From the NCBI GenBank assembly GCA_002633005.1, contig NMRA01000049.1:1160011-1224010 (forward strand): a stretch of 64,000 nt of DNA, in the 5' to 3' direction. The notes beneath the pieces were generated by a model. That model was not told where the DNA came from. It worked only from the letters and a program-made list of their open reading frames with translations, and did not search any database. Shown here one piece after another: positions 1 to 21,300 of the stretch; the first letter of the stretch is position 1, and every line of letters starts with the position of its first letter. The position numbers were made by a program, and so were the translations under genes. Source of the DNA: Phoronis australis. Taxonomy: Eukaryota > Animalia > Phoronida.

Positions 1-287
1 TATATGACAATTGTCTTACACAACCTGCATATAAATGACAATTGTCTTACATAACTTGCATATATATGACAATTGTCTTACATAACCTGCATATATATGA
101 CAATTGTCTTACATAACCTGCATATATATGACAATTGTCTTACATAACCTGCATATATATGACAATTGTCTTACATAACCTGCATATATATGACAATTGT
201 CTTACATAACCTGCATATATATGACAATTGTCTTACACAACCTGCATATAAATGACAATTGTCTTACATAACCTGCATATATATGAC
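1..287. repeat. 31-bp minisatellite, about 9 copies, runs off the window start
   Basis: Unit atgacaattgtcttacataacctgcatatat. Confidence 0.95.
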
Positions 288-790
288 TGAAGATCAAATG
301 GCAAGTCATCAAGTGTGTTTGTCATCTATCCAGATACTTTATTCTTGACATTTTGTCTTATGATTTAAAAATGATAAAGTAAATCAGTTAGCGCATTCCC
401 AAAGGGGAGTCACTGCCCCCATCCCCCTTTTCTTTGTGGTTCTTGGTGATTGTATTGCTTACTCTGTTCCATGCTGGGTGATTGTAGGGTGATTCTGTCT
501 TACTTAATGAGACCTTAAATCTAGCTTATCAACATATCAACTGATATTGGCTGAACACTGTGAGAATAACTGTCTGAGGTAAAAAGTTCATGTTGTTAAG
601 AGATGATGTAAAGTTTGGGAACTCAATGCAATGTATTTAGTGGCACGAGACCACTTCCAAATGATATTACTGGCTTCTGACAAGACTCTTTGCCATAGTT
701 TTCAGTAACGATATTTCGGTATAAAAGTTATTCCGGTTTATTTAGTATCCACGACAAACATGTACCCTTATTATGAACATGAAGTTTGAG

Positions 791-1029
791 AAGGTAGTGT
801 GGCCAAATGGAATAGGTGTCTGCTTCCTTAAGTTTACTCAAGGTCATGGGTTCAAGTCCTACTGGGGCACCCTTGAGTCAGGTCTCTAACTCGCCAGCTC
901 GTTTTTATCTATATATTGATAAAGCATAAAAATGGTTCCAGGTGATTAGTGCAATAGACCCACCCGAGCGGCCTGCACACGTCTGGTACAATGTGTACTA
1001 AACCTCGTGCAATTATTTTTTTAAAAAAA
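791..1029 (+). mobile_element. tRNA-derived SINE
   Basis: A box tggccaaatgg, B box ggttcaagtcc, T/A-rich tail, 16-bp TSD gaacatgaagtttgag at 775-790 and 1030-1045. Confidence 0.8.
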
Positions 1030-1139
1030 GAACATGAAGTTTGAGTTGCCAAAACGATGATTTGTTAAGAATGGAAAATGTCAGTAAAAAATTACTGAAA
1101 CAGGCTTTTGTGTTCCTTATTTCTTTTGTTATTCATTAA

Positions 1140-1680
1140 GGTTATTTAGGTCTTTAGCAAAACATGGTCAAAACTATATAGATTTTAACTTAGTAAAAGC
1201 ATTTTGTGATTTAGTGGAAAGCCTTTAGGATTTACTTGTTTTTGTGTTTTTGCCTATAGAAGTGTGATTAATTCAGTCACTTGATCATGTCTTTTTAGAA
1301 AAATTTAGCAAACAAGATGGTACATGGATTGCAAAACAACAGTACCAATAAGATGGTACATGGATTGCAAAACAACAGTACCAATAAGATGGTCAAATTT
1401 TATTTTATACGAATGTTCAAGGTGAGATCTCAAAAACGCTGTTACAGTTTTCTAAAATATCATCTTGTTCTCGTTTTCTGCGACTTTAATTTTTTCAGGA
1501 AAATCATAAGAGTCCTCGTGCAAAGTGGAATAGTTTAAAAACAATTTCTAACAGAGTTTTGGAGAATAGTGCAGAAAGCATATAGTGTCTGAAAGTCTCA
1601 TTTGAACCCAATCAGCTGTTTCTGCGATAGGTTCCAAAATTAGCCAAATTTGGAATTTCTCTAGAGGGTCCTACATAACC
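1140..1680. mobile_element. Non-autonomous DNA transposon, Kolobok-like (TTAA TSD, GG...CC ends)
   Basis: TTAA-ggttatttaggtc ... gtcctacataacc-TTAA; related copies at ~22767-23190 and 62096-62570. Confidence 0.6.
1314..1393. repeat. 36-bp tandem duplication
   Basis: aagatggtacatggattgcaaaacaacagtaccaat, about 2.2 copies. Confidence 0.9.
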
Positions 1681-1762
1681 TTAAATTTGATGTAAAAGCG
1701 ATCAATGTTGTTTTTGGTTTATTATCACGTGCCTGACAAAGCACATACTGTTCCTTCTGTAG

Positions 1763-10913
<9,151 letters not shown>

Positions 10914-13900
10914 CTGGCATGCTGTATCCCTCTCAGACACTTGTATGTTGTTTGTGAACCTTTGAAAGTCCAAGATGTGTGCCTAGCATGTGTACGTAGT
11001 GAAAAGTAATAGGCTTGTGACTCGAAGGCATTTGCGTCGGGTTTGGTGTTGATATTTCATGCAGTATTCTTGTCTTTAAGGGGAATTGGAGCTAAGTGGC
11101 AGCATGGGTGAAGGGTGACTTGTGGAGGGTCTTGATGTAGTAAAGCATTTTATCTTCATATATTGTACCTCAATGTACTTTAATTTGCATTGTTTGTAAA
11201 CTGCTTCATTGACGTGTCCATGTAGTAAAATTCCCTGTCTTCATATGGTTGACAAACTTTTAGATATTTCTACATTTGCCAACTTTAAGTTTACCTAGTC
11301 ATTGCTAACAGTTGGTAGCGGAAAAGAGTTGCTTGGAATTTTTACATTTCAAAAATTTTAGTAGGTGCCTGGTGCTCTTTTTTCATTTTGTGTCGTTTTA
11401 CCTTTCTTGTGAAGAAAACTTTTATTTGAGTTCATCGCTGCATTCAACATCTTGTCTCGTTTTGCCTTGTTGAGATACTTTGCAAAGCAGTGTTGACTGA
11501 TTTCCACCTGGCTGTCCATTTTGCAGTAGTTGGTAATGTGGCCCTTTGTGTTTTTTGAAGTATCGATTGAGGTGGGCTTCCTTGAAAGAGGCTATTTTTC
11601 AATTTTGTATTATTTTGGCCGATGTTCTATAAAGCTAAGTTTTTTATTTTCATGTCTGTTTTCCTTATGTTTTTGTTTTTCACTGTTCATGCGTGACACT
11701 TGCCATGTAAATGGTTATTGTGGTTATCATACACAATTACATTTGTCTTTATTTACTCACCATGTATCATGACTCATGAAACGTGAACTGACAACGGAAT
11801 GTGATGTCACAAACTCTGTGGAACATCAGGCTTAGAAGGCAACTGGAGTAGTCAGTGTTGAGATCTGCCTTTATACTTCCTCAATGTCTTGCATAGGTTA
11901 AATTAATGTCATTTAGTGGAATGTGACAAACACTTATAACTACTGCAAGCCACCCCCAATTAATTAAACTTATCACTCTCTGAACCGCGCTCTAAAAAAT
12001 GACGTGCATATTGAACCATTGCTTTTATGTGCGACTTAAAGGAAAGAATGAGTTATGAAGACTGAGGTGAACTATAATTTTCACTGGAGTCCTACTTTTT
12101 AAATGAGCGCAAGAGGCCAATGCTGTCACTGTCAGATCTAGGATATTGCAAGAGGGAGCCCAGCCACAGTTTTCATAATCCCTATAACGACAGTTTTTGC
12201 CTCAGGGACCAAGCCTCAATCAGCATGTGCAAGTCTATGCCTTAGATTGGATGATGACTTATACAAAGACATTTGCATGTAATTAATGGGATGGAGTCTG
12301 CTTTTGAGCAACAGCTTATGACTTGTAAACGTTAATTTAATTAACTATGTAATGATTAATTGTAAGCAAATGCCAAGGATACTGGGACAGAAGAAAATGT
12401 TACAACTTACATAGACTGATGAGTTAATATGACATGATTAGTTAAAAGAGGTCGCTTGTAATCCCAAATATCTTTCATACTGATAAAGCTTCCTTTTGCT
12501 TACGGGTTGTGTAAGTGCCAATGTAAATTATGTGTGTGTCCACACACACGCACACATGTGTGTTTAGGTACAGTATTGATATTTTTTAGAGCAGGGATCT
12601 CTTTCATGAAAAGTGACTTACGAAGACTTAAATGGCAGAAATTTGGTCTCACACTCCACACAACTATCTCTGAAAAGTAATTAACCTCCCTTTAGCAAAA
12701 GTACGAAGTCTAAGAATATATTCGTAACTGGTAGTTACTGAGATAAACTGATAAGCTATTCATAAGTTGTGACACGTTAATAATCACATGGCTGAACGTT
12801 AATTCAGTTATTGTGAAGGAGTGTAAGACAAAATTTCTCAGCTAGGTCTCAAGTCACTATTCATTAATAGGCCACTTGTTTTGGCTTTGTGGTGTAATTA
12901 AACATAGCCGTCATTGCTAAACTTTTGAATTACAGTATATATCGTGTCACTTATATGTAGGTGTTTTGTATTCCTTTGCGGTAGCTTCATACTAGCAGTG
13001 TGTGCATGAACATCACAGGTTTTATCTCAGACCCATACTATAAGTTTTGGAGTACCCCTGCGCAAGCATAATAGATTTCTCTTTGTATGTTGTACTCCTG
13101 TAATAACTGTATGTGGCTTGTTACTGTGCTGTCAATGTGCTTGCTTCATTAGAATTCAGGTAGTAACTTTTTGGCATATTTTTAAGCCATCTTCTTAAAG
13201 GCGAAAGTAACTGTTTTTATGTTATCTTTGTTAAAAAGTTATACACAGAGTCAAACATTTGATTGTGTTGACAGCGACTTTAGTACAAGTGCTTCTGGGG
13301 ATTCCACCTTTTTCAAAGTCAGAATGGTGTGCTGTTGTATAGGCATGCAATGCAACTGTTGCCCAATATTCATTGCAAAAACAAAGAGTGAATATTTATG
13401 TATTTTATTCCTGCATGTTGTGTCGGATACATCCGCCATCGTGTGAGGAGAGTTATCTAATAGAAGTTGAAATGGTACAAACTTGGAGATATATTTCCAC
13501 TTCAGTGTACATGTACTATACATGCTACAAGTGAATGACCTTCAGAAATGGCCCTGTAAAAGGCCTACATTGTACATATTGGTTCTTCTTTCACTTTCAT
13601 TAAGCTAACAAGACACAGACCAGATGGTGTTCACTTGCCAGTCGGAAATTATTTGCACAATGGAAATGAATGCAGAACCAGGATATAGGCCTTTTGTTGG
13701 ACTGTTAAGGTCACTTTCATAGGCTATTGTTGCATAGTCAGACAGGGATACATTGTACTTCAAATGTTGAAAAATGCCTCCACAATAACCAGGGATCTAT
13801 TATCCCTTAGCATAAGGTGACATCAAAAGCAGTCGATTTCTCCTTTAACAAAAGCTGGTTGCCTTTGGGTCTCCCTGTAGTATTATGGTCAAGTGGATTT

Positions 13901-16900
13901 GACAAAATGTTTCACTGGTTGTCAATTTGCATTTGAAAAGATAGCTGTTGAGCCGTAACCCTTGGTAACAATAGTATGCAGTCATTTGAAGTAGTCTTCA
14001 CTTAAAACTGAGCTTGGATGGGTTGGGGAAATTTAAAAATCTGTAGTTTAAAGCAGCATCAAACCCGTGCTTTCTTTCAAAAGCCTCTACGACAATGTTT
14101 TGGTTTAGACCACTTACCATTGTATGACTGGTCTTATATTTTTCCTTGTACACTCAGTTTAGAAGAGATCTTTGTGCTCGAGAACTGACAATTCATTATT
14201 TCTTCTGACGAAATTTTACGAGTTTGTTCTGAGGAAATAACAAAATGCCAATTCTCCCAAAGTCCTGGAATTGTCGCCAGTTAGATGTGGCAAGTAGTTT
14301 AAATCAAGTTAAACTTTGGAATGCAGATTTATCTAGTCACTTCAGTCAGTGCTACTGCAGACAAATGTATACTGGAGACTTTCTTACTGTACCGACAAGT
14401 TATTGCATCTGTAGACAATTAACTTTGTTGGAGGATATACCAGTTAGTTAACCTCCCAGCATTTCGCAATTATACTGCATTCCTTTTCAAGTGACAATTT
14501 TCTACATTGCATGACTTGCAAAAAATTTTATATCTAAGTATGCCTGCGCTAGAATAAAACATTTTCAAACACTGATGTTGTTTTTATTGGCTTCATATGC
14601 ATTTGGTTGGACGACTTGTAAGACAGAGTGGTCAACTGAAGGAATGTTACATTTTACGTGCGGACACCAGTCAGTATAACCTGCCCAATTAGTGAATACT
14701 TTTTTAATGTAATTAAAATTATGTTAAAACATACTATTACGCTCATGAAACTTCCCAATAAAGGGTTGTGTTAAAACGCTCGTCAGAGGTTTTAAACTAG
14801 AAATTGTGAGCTGACATTTTTGTATTTGTCTCTAACAGACAATGTGTTAGTTTCCAGAAGTGTAAGCGTTAAAGTTTTCTTATAACCCATTGCTCTGTAC
14901 AGCTTCCACAATGGCTGGTGTTTCCAATATTTTGAAAAACAAAGAACACTTTGTTTTTTAACCTTTTATTGCAGTTATTTGAAATATAATTCCATTAATA
15001 TTAGTAACATCGTAATCAAAGACAGTCGAGTAAAGGAAAATAATTCATGACATAATAATACAGAGTAAACATGATTTATAACAGTAGACTAATTAGTCAA
15101 CTTACTCAATAACGAACAAAGGACGTGAAAATTATCAAACAACATGGGTTGACATGCAGCTATATTAACAGAAATTTAGAGATGCAAGAAGCCAAACATG
15201 ATGGCCAATGATTAAGAAACTGCTCTGTACTACAAAATGTAACTTCCAGAAAGCTTCAAGCCTAACTTCAACGGAACTTTGTTAGTAATTTTTAGATGTA
15301 TTGGGCTAACCAGATAGTCCTAGCAAAGCCTTAAGATTAGTAAAATAAGAAAACATGAGTTCAACCACCCCAATGTAAGCCTATCAAATGATAGCTCAAG
15401 TTGCCTTTTCGTGCCATGTTGCGTCACTGCAAGATCCCAGCACAAGCAACAAAAGGTTGTATTGAATAGGGGTCTGAATAGAACACCACTGCGTGTGGGT
15501 GTTATTCGCAGTTGTTTGAAGGTGATTCTCGTGGTGACGTAGACAAAAGCAAGCCAATACAACTAACAGTTCGTTACATTTGGCAATTAATGACACTAGT
15601 GGGCTCAGAGCAATGCTCTTACATACTACAGGAACCAAATTTACAGGTGTTACCGCTGAACACAGGCTTTCAAGTGTAACACTGTTGTATTTTGAGCAGT
15701 CAATAAGTGAAATTAAAGAATTCAAATATCTAGATAGAAAATTTTAGAAATGTACATTTTTGTCACCACATATGGTTCATGACAATTAAAAAGTGCTGAT
15801 TGAAGAACTTGTATCGACAACATATATCAAAAAAGTGAGAGAACACCAGTGGCTGGACTTGCAAATACTCAGGGACGTCCACCGAGTTGAACCATGAAGG
15901 TTTTGCTCAACAGCTGATCCCCAGCCACAGTGTATAGTCTAGCCACTGGTTTCTCAACGTTGACCTGTAGGGCTAAAGGTATATCAAGTGTTGCTTAGGT
16001 AATGACTATTACTTTGGAACATCCTGCTTCACACAACAGTTATTGTTGAGTGTTTTAAATTGATTTTGTGAAAGAATAAGGTAAGTTGACAAATACTTCA
16101 TGCTTATGATGGTTGTACTGCTGTTGGAACAGAGCTTGAGTAACTTTTGGCTGAATATACTGCTTTGTTCTAATTTTATCTTACGCTGAAGTAGCCCCGT
16201 AAGTACTTAGTACTGTTATAATGATTGTAAAAATAGTTTTGGTCAATCTAAGAGTATTTAGGACTTTGGTCACTGAAACTTTTCATCTCCCTGAAAATGG
16301 ATCAAATCAAATGCTTTCTAATAACCCCTCATACGTTAAACCCATTTTTTGCGTAATTCGTGAGTATCAATTTGTTCCACCTCACACATAATCTGTGACA
16401 TTATTTTAATTGCATAAGGGTTATACCTGGCACAAATGTGCTATATTTACACGCTGACCAGGGCAGATTTGCCTGGAAGATCCTAATGTACACAAATAAA
16501 GACCATGTCTTGACACCCACACACATTAACAACAAAGATACTGAATGTGATCATTCATAGAAGTGTTTATGGTGAAATCAAAATGAATTTTTAAAACTTG
16601 TTTATATGACACATTACTTTTGTGAATTTACACCTTATCCATACTACACTTACAAATGGGAGAAAACCTGATAACAATCCTGCCTTTACCTTGACCCTAA
16701 CCTGTTGGACAGAGTGTGCCAAGACACAAATACTATCACCAAAGAAAAGCACTCCAAACCACATTGCATGCTATAAACTGAAATGAGTCGAATTAAAAAT
16801 TTCATTTACAGTCACTGTAGCAACAATGAATGCAAATATCGGTCTAGTATTTTGATTTTACACTTCCAATTACTTAAAGTTAAAAAAAACACTGTCGCAA

Positions 16901-18205
16901 TTCAACAAATCTTCAAACACATACCATAAGACAATACTCCAACATCAGAGACTATAACAGTACGACTCTCGCTTCAAAGCTTAATACAACTCTTGACCCA
17001 TTAAATTCAATGGGAAACTATAATGATATTTACAATAAACTACAAGACTAACTACACTGTAATAATCTAAAACTATCATGTAATTTCCATAGTCACAAGT
17101 CACCAACCACAGGAGGTGGATATGACAATATTTTGGCAATTCCTACCAGTACAGCACAAATCACCAGTTGTGCATTAGGTCAAAAATGGCACAATTGGTT
17201 CTGGTCTATGTTTTTGGACAACTGATGAGATGATGGTAGCCGAAATGGGTCAAAAGTCTTGTATTCCATCAGTATCATCTGGTGCCAGCTGAAACCAGTC
17301 AGGATTCTTCTTAATACTGTATTATCCTCACTGCCACTTGATGATAGCTGAAATAATTTGGGATCCTTTTTACCCAGCACCACCTGATGCCAGCTTTGAA
17401 GCACAGGTTTCAAAAAGTCAGTCAAGCACAGACCAGAATCACTTATGCTAGTTTTTACACAGTGTGTCCAACCAAAAACACAAGAATGGTCTGCTTGAAT
17501 GCAAAAAGCAGTTTCATCGCAGATCGAGTTAGTAGGATAGTGTTATCACCTATCAAAAGCACTTGACCAGCTCTCACAAACAAACGTAGAATTGCTTTGG
17601 TTTCTCATACACTTCATCTGTTGACTTTACTCCACTACGGTGTCGTTGAATAGCCTTATAGTACTTCCCATTAGGTAAGGCCAAGCGCAAATATAGAGCT
17701 ACGAGCTTAATCAGCTGACACAAATGACAGTAAATTCACATCTGCACCAAGTGAACAGTGAGCATTTATCATCAAGGCCGTGACACAAATCTGTCACTTG
17801 TTTGACTTTTCACCTCACGAGCCCAAATCACCACAGTGGAAGGGCTTTGCAGGCCTATCATATTCAACAATTCCGCTATGCTACATCACACCAAGAGGAA
17901 GTTGGTATGAACATGGCGGATGATAGAATGTATCATCTGCCCTCTTCCACTCAAACATTGAAAACAAGACAATAACTGAATGAACCGGTTCAGCTGGCAT
18001 ATTTTACAGAACTTTACCCTCACTGTTTACAGTTATCTTTACTCGCATTTAAATCAGTTAGCTCAGCTTGCAGCTCTTCATCTGCGCTAAGTCTAACACC
18101 CATCTACTCTCCTGTACACAATCAATACCCCAATTTATCATTCATCTATTTAAGCACGATAACTGTCGTCTCATTAATAATCAAAATCCATCTTGTGATG
18201 CCTCT

Positions 18206-18393
18206 TCATTCCTCCCAGCTTTCGTCATCATCTTCGTAATCATCATCGTCGTCATCATCAGAATCTTCTAGAGCCTTCCGCCTCATTTCAAATGCCTTGT
18301 CCATAATAGACTGTACGTCCAGCGGCCGGTTACTGTCTCGATGGTGTTTCTTCTCTCTATCCTCTTTCTCTTGAGCCTTTTTCAACTGTACAC
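18206..18393 (-). CDS. WASF: WASF last coding exon (end of WH2, central helix, acidic tail)
   Basis: ttcccag acceptor; [10 protein letters not shown]...[39 protein letters not shown]. Confidence 0.93.
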
Positions 18394-21300
18394 CTGGGAA
18401 AACAAAAACAAGCCATTGAGTACTGTTTGGAACATCTTACACTCACCACGGAGCATATATTAATCACATAAAATTCCACCTATGTTCAAATGAGTTTGCA
18501 CATACAGTCCTCGACTTCTAAAACATACTGATAGAGAAAATTTTACCTTTTATAGATGGTAGACACTGGTAAGTACATTATTTATACATAGATTGAAAAC
18601 AGTCTAGTTTTGAAACAACCATTTTGACTGATGAAAATCTCTGCTTTTAATTCATTCATATTGATCTGGAATAAGTAAGCTGCTTGTAAATTTTGTAAAG
18701 AAAGCTTAAAACCAAGATGTACTTGCTTGCTAAATAAATTTGTTTAGGAACCATTTAACTCGCAAAAAATATGTTACCACCAGTACTAGGGCAAATGTAA
18801 GAACAATTTGAAAACACATCAGAATGTTGGCATTTGTTTTCAAGAATGCAAGTCCAAACATGCTGCGAAAAAACTGCATGCTGCAAGGTCAACTCCTATG
18901 AAGTCAACTTTACCTTGCCTTATTGCCGCCAACAAATCACTCCTGTCATCCCTCACAGGCTCTGGCTTACGTACTACTGGAGCTGAAGCTGGCTCAGATG
19001 AGGCATTAGTCATTGAACTAGTGTCTGACGATATTGACACTGTGTCAGATGGGGGAGGCTCAGAGGTTTTCTTGGGGATACAGCCATTCAGCAGGGGAGG
19101 GGGAGGAGGTGGTGGAATGGGGATGTTACTGTTAGCAGGGGCGGGCACTGGAGGGGGACTAGGAGGATNNNNNNNNNNNNNNNNNNNNNNNNNNNNNNGG
19201 GGGGAGGTCGTTACTGTCAGGTGTGTTAGAGGTGGGGCTAGCCCTGTAGAGCTCATGCGCAGGAGAGTTATGATCACTTCCACTAACATAGGACTTGCTT
19301 GGAGATGACCCAGGGCTGGGGGTGTATTGGTGACCCACTTGCTGGTGATAATGTACATTAGAAATAGGCCCTGGGGGTGGAGGAGGAGGGGGAAGGTCCT
19401 GCCGGCTGTGGCGGTAGCTCTGTGATCCAGGCGAACTCATCGGAGAGTCTACAATAGGTGGTGGGGGGGGAGGGGGCTGTGCTGGTCTAGCATAGATCGA
19501 CGGGGTACGGCTAACATGACTCTGACGAGAGCCAGTTGGTCGATGCTGGTCCGGGTACATTGGCATGCTCTGTGACATTCTGTTCGAGTCACCGTGAGTT
19601 CCTATCGGTGGCTGAGACGGCTGTACATATGGCCCATTCTGTACATTGTTACTGTACTGCTGGTTTTGACTGTTCATATAGTCACTGCGTGGGTCCACCT
19701 CCAAGCTGGCCGGCCTGTGTTGATGCTTTTGCGGAGAGGCCTCTGCATGCCCGCCAAACCCCTTTTGCTCTTTCACTATCTTCAAATCGGGCACAAACTC
19801 TTTGCCCTGTGCAAATTTCTGATATTCATCCTTACGCTGCTTCACCTCTTTGGGCTTACGACGGCTACCTATCTTGTCGGGCCGCTACAATGAACAAACA
19901 GAGCAATATAACTAAGAACAGTCTCTACAACTGACTAAACACCACTACAGCACACTTTGCACATGAAATGCAACACGTAAGTCGGCTTTGTAACCACTAC
20001 AGCTATGAAGGCTACAAGACTAGCCCAGCAAATCTCTGATTACAAAAGGACCAACAATTTCTTAACCATGAACGTTATCACCTTTCATCAAAATAGAGCG
20101 TATAATTTTAGCCACAAGTTATGTGATGTGACAACACAGACAACATGTACCTTTTTCCTTCTCTTATTCTCCTTCTGTTTTTCAGCACCTTTCCTCATTT
20201 CCTCGTACCAGAGGTTGAAAAAGTACTCAGGGTCCGTGTACACCTTCATACTGTCTTTACCATCATCCCTGACGGAAAACAAAATGCAAATATTATAATA
20301 AGTCTCCAGTTATTTCAAAAAAACAATTGACAATAGTTTGGTTTTCAAAGGTTGCACAACTGCTATTCGTAAGTAATCAGTTCCCAATCAACTTAAGCTA
20401 AATTGTTTTATTAGCACGCCAGTTTGCCCCATTTGATATGTAGATTTACATTGTATCGACTAACTGTTAACTTGAGAATACATTATTTGTTACTTGATTG
20501 CTCATTTTCTTACTTGCTGGTTGGCTATGTTAATACTTTGGCAGTGAGTATATTATGAGCACCTGTTTGTAATATAAGACTTGCACTGGGTTCAGTTACC
20601 GGAATACAGTATTACATGTATTGAAAATATTTAGCATTGTATTGTGCATAATTAGCATTGTATTGTACATGTTTTGCATTGTATTGTGCATATTTAGCAT
20701 TGTATTGCGCATATTTAGCATTGTATTGCGCATATTTTGCATTGTATTGTAAATGTTTTGCATTGTATTGTGCATATTTAGCATTGTATTGTACGTATTT
20801 AGCATTGTATTGTACATGTTTTGCATTGTATTGTACATAATTAGCATTGTATTGTACATGTTTTGCATTGTATTGTGCATATTTAGCATTGTATTATACA
20901 TGTTTTGCATTGTATTGTGCATAATTAGCATTGTATTGTGCATATTTTGCATTGTATTGTACATATTTTGCATTGTATTGTGCATATTTAGCATTGTATT
21001 GTATGTTTTGCATTGTATTGTGCATAATTAGCATTGCAGCCCATTATTGTGACGTCTCTTTGGGTATGTTCGCAAACAAAGCAAAAAAGTTATGTACACA
21101 CTAAAATGGATAAGCATACTCTTCAGCTCATGCATTAGAAAAGTTGACTGCATACACACAGGGTATTCTGGAACATAGACATCACTGTTATTACTGTATA
21201 ATCTCGCCAGTTAAAATCACAATACAGTGGTCACTTGGATATTTCATTTCTTTGTTTTATATAGCTGGATACATAGCAAAAATACTTTGCCATTTTCAAG

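Noticed and set aside
1-287. Partly palindromic 31-bp repeats resembling a CRISPR array
   Set aside because: Head-to-tail units with no unique spacers, eukaryotic intron context, no cas genes.
795-870. tRNA gene
   Set aside because: No cloverleaf; followed by a SINE body and flanked by a TSD.
19159-19358. Apparent frameshift in WASF exon 4
   Set aside because: The frame change falls at the 30-N gap in a poly-Pro tract, whose length is only an estimate.
20596-21031. ORFs with MHNTMQN or CIVL heptads
   Set aside because: Translation of a 21-bp minisatellite; no splice support.
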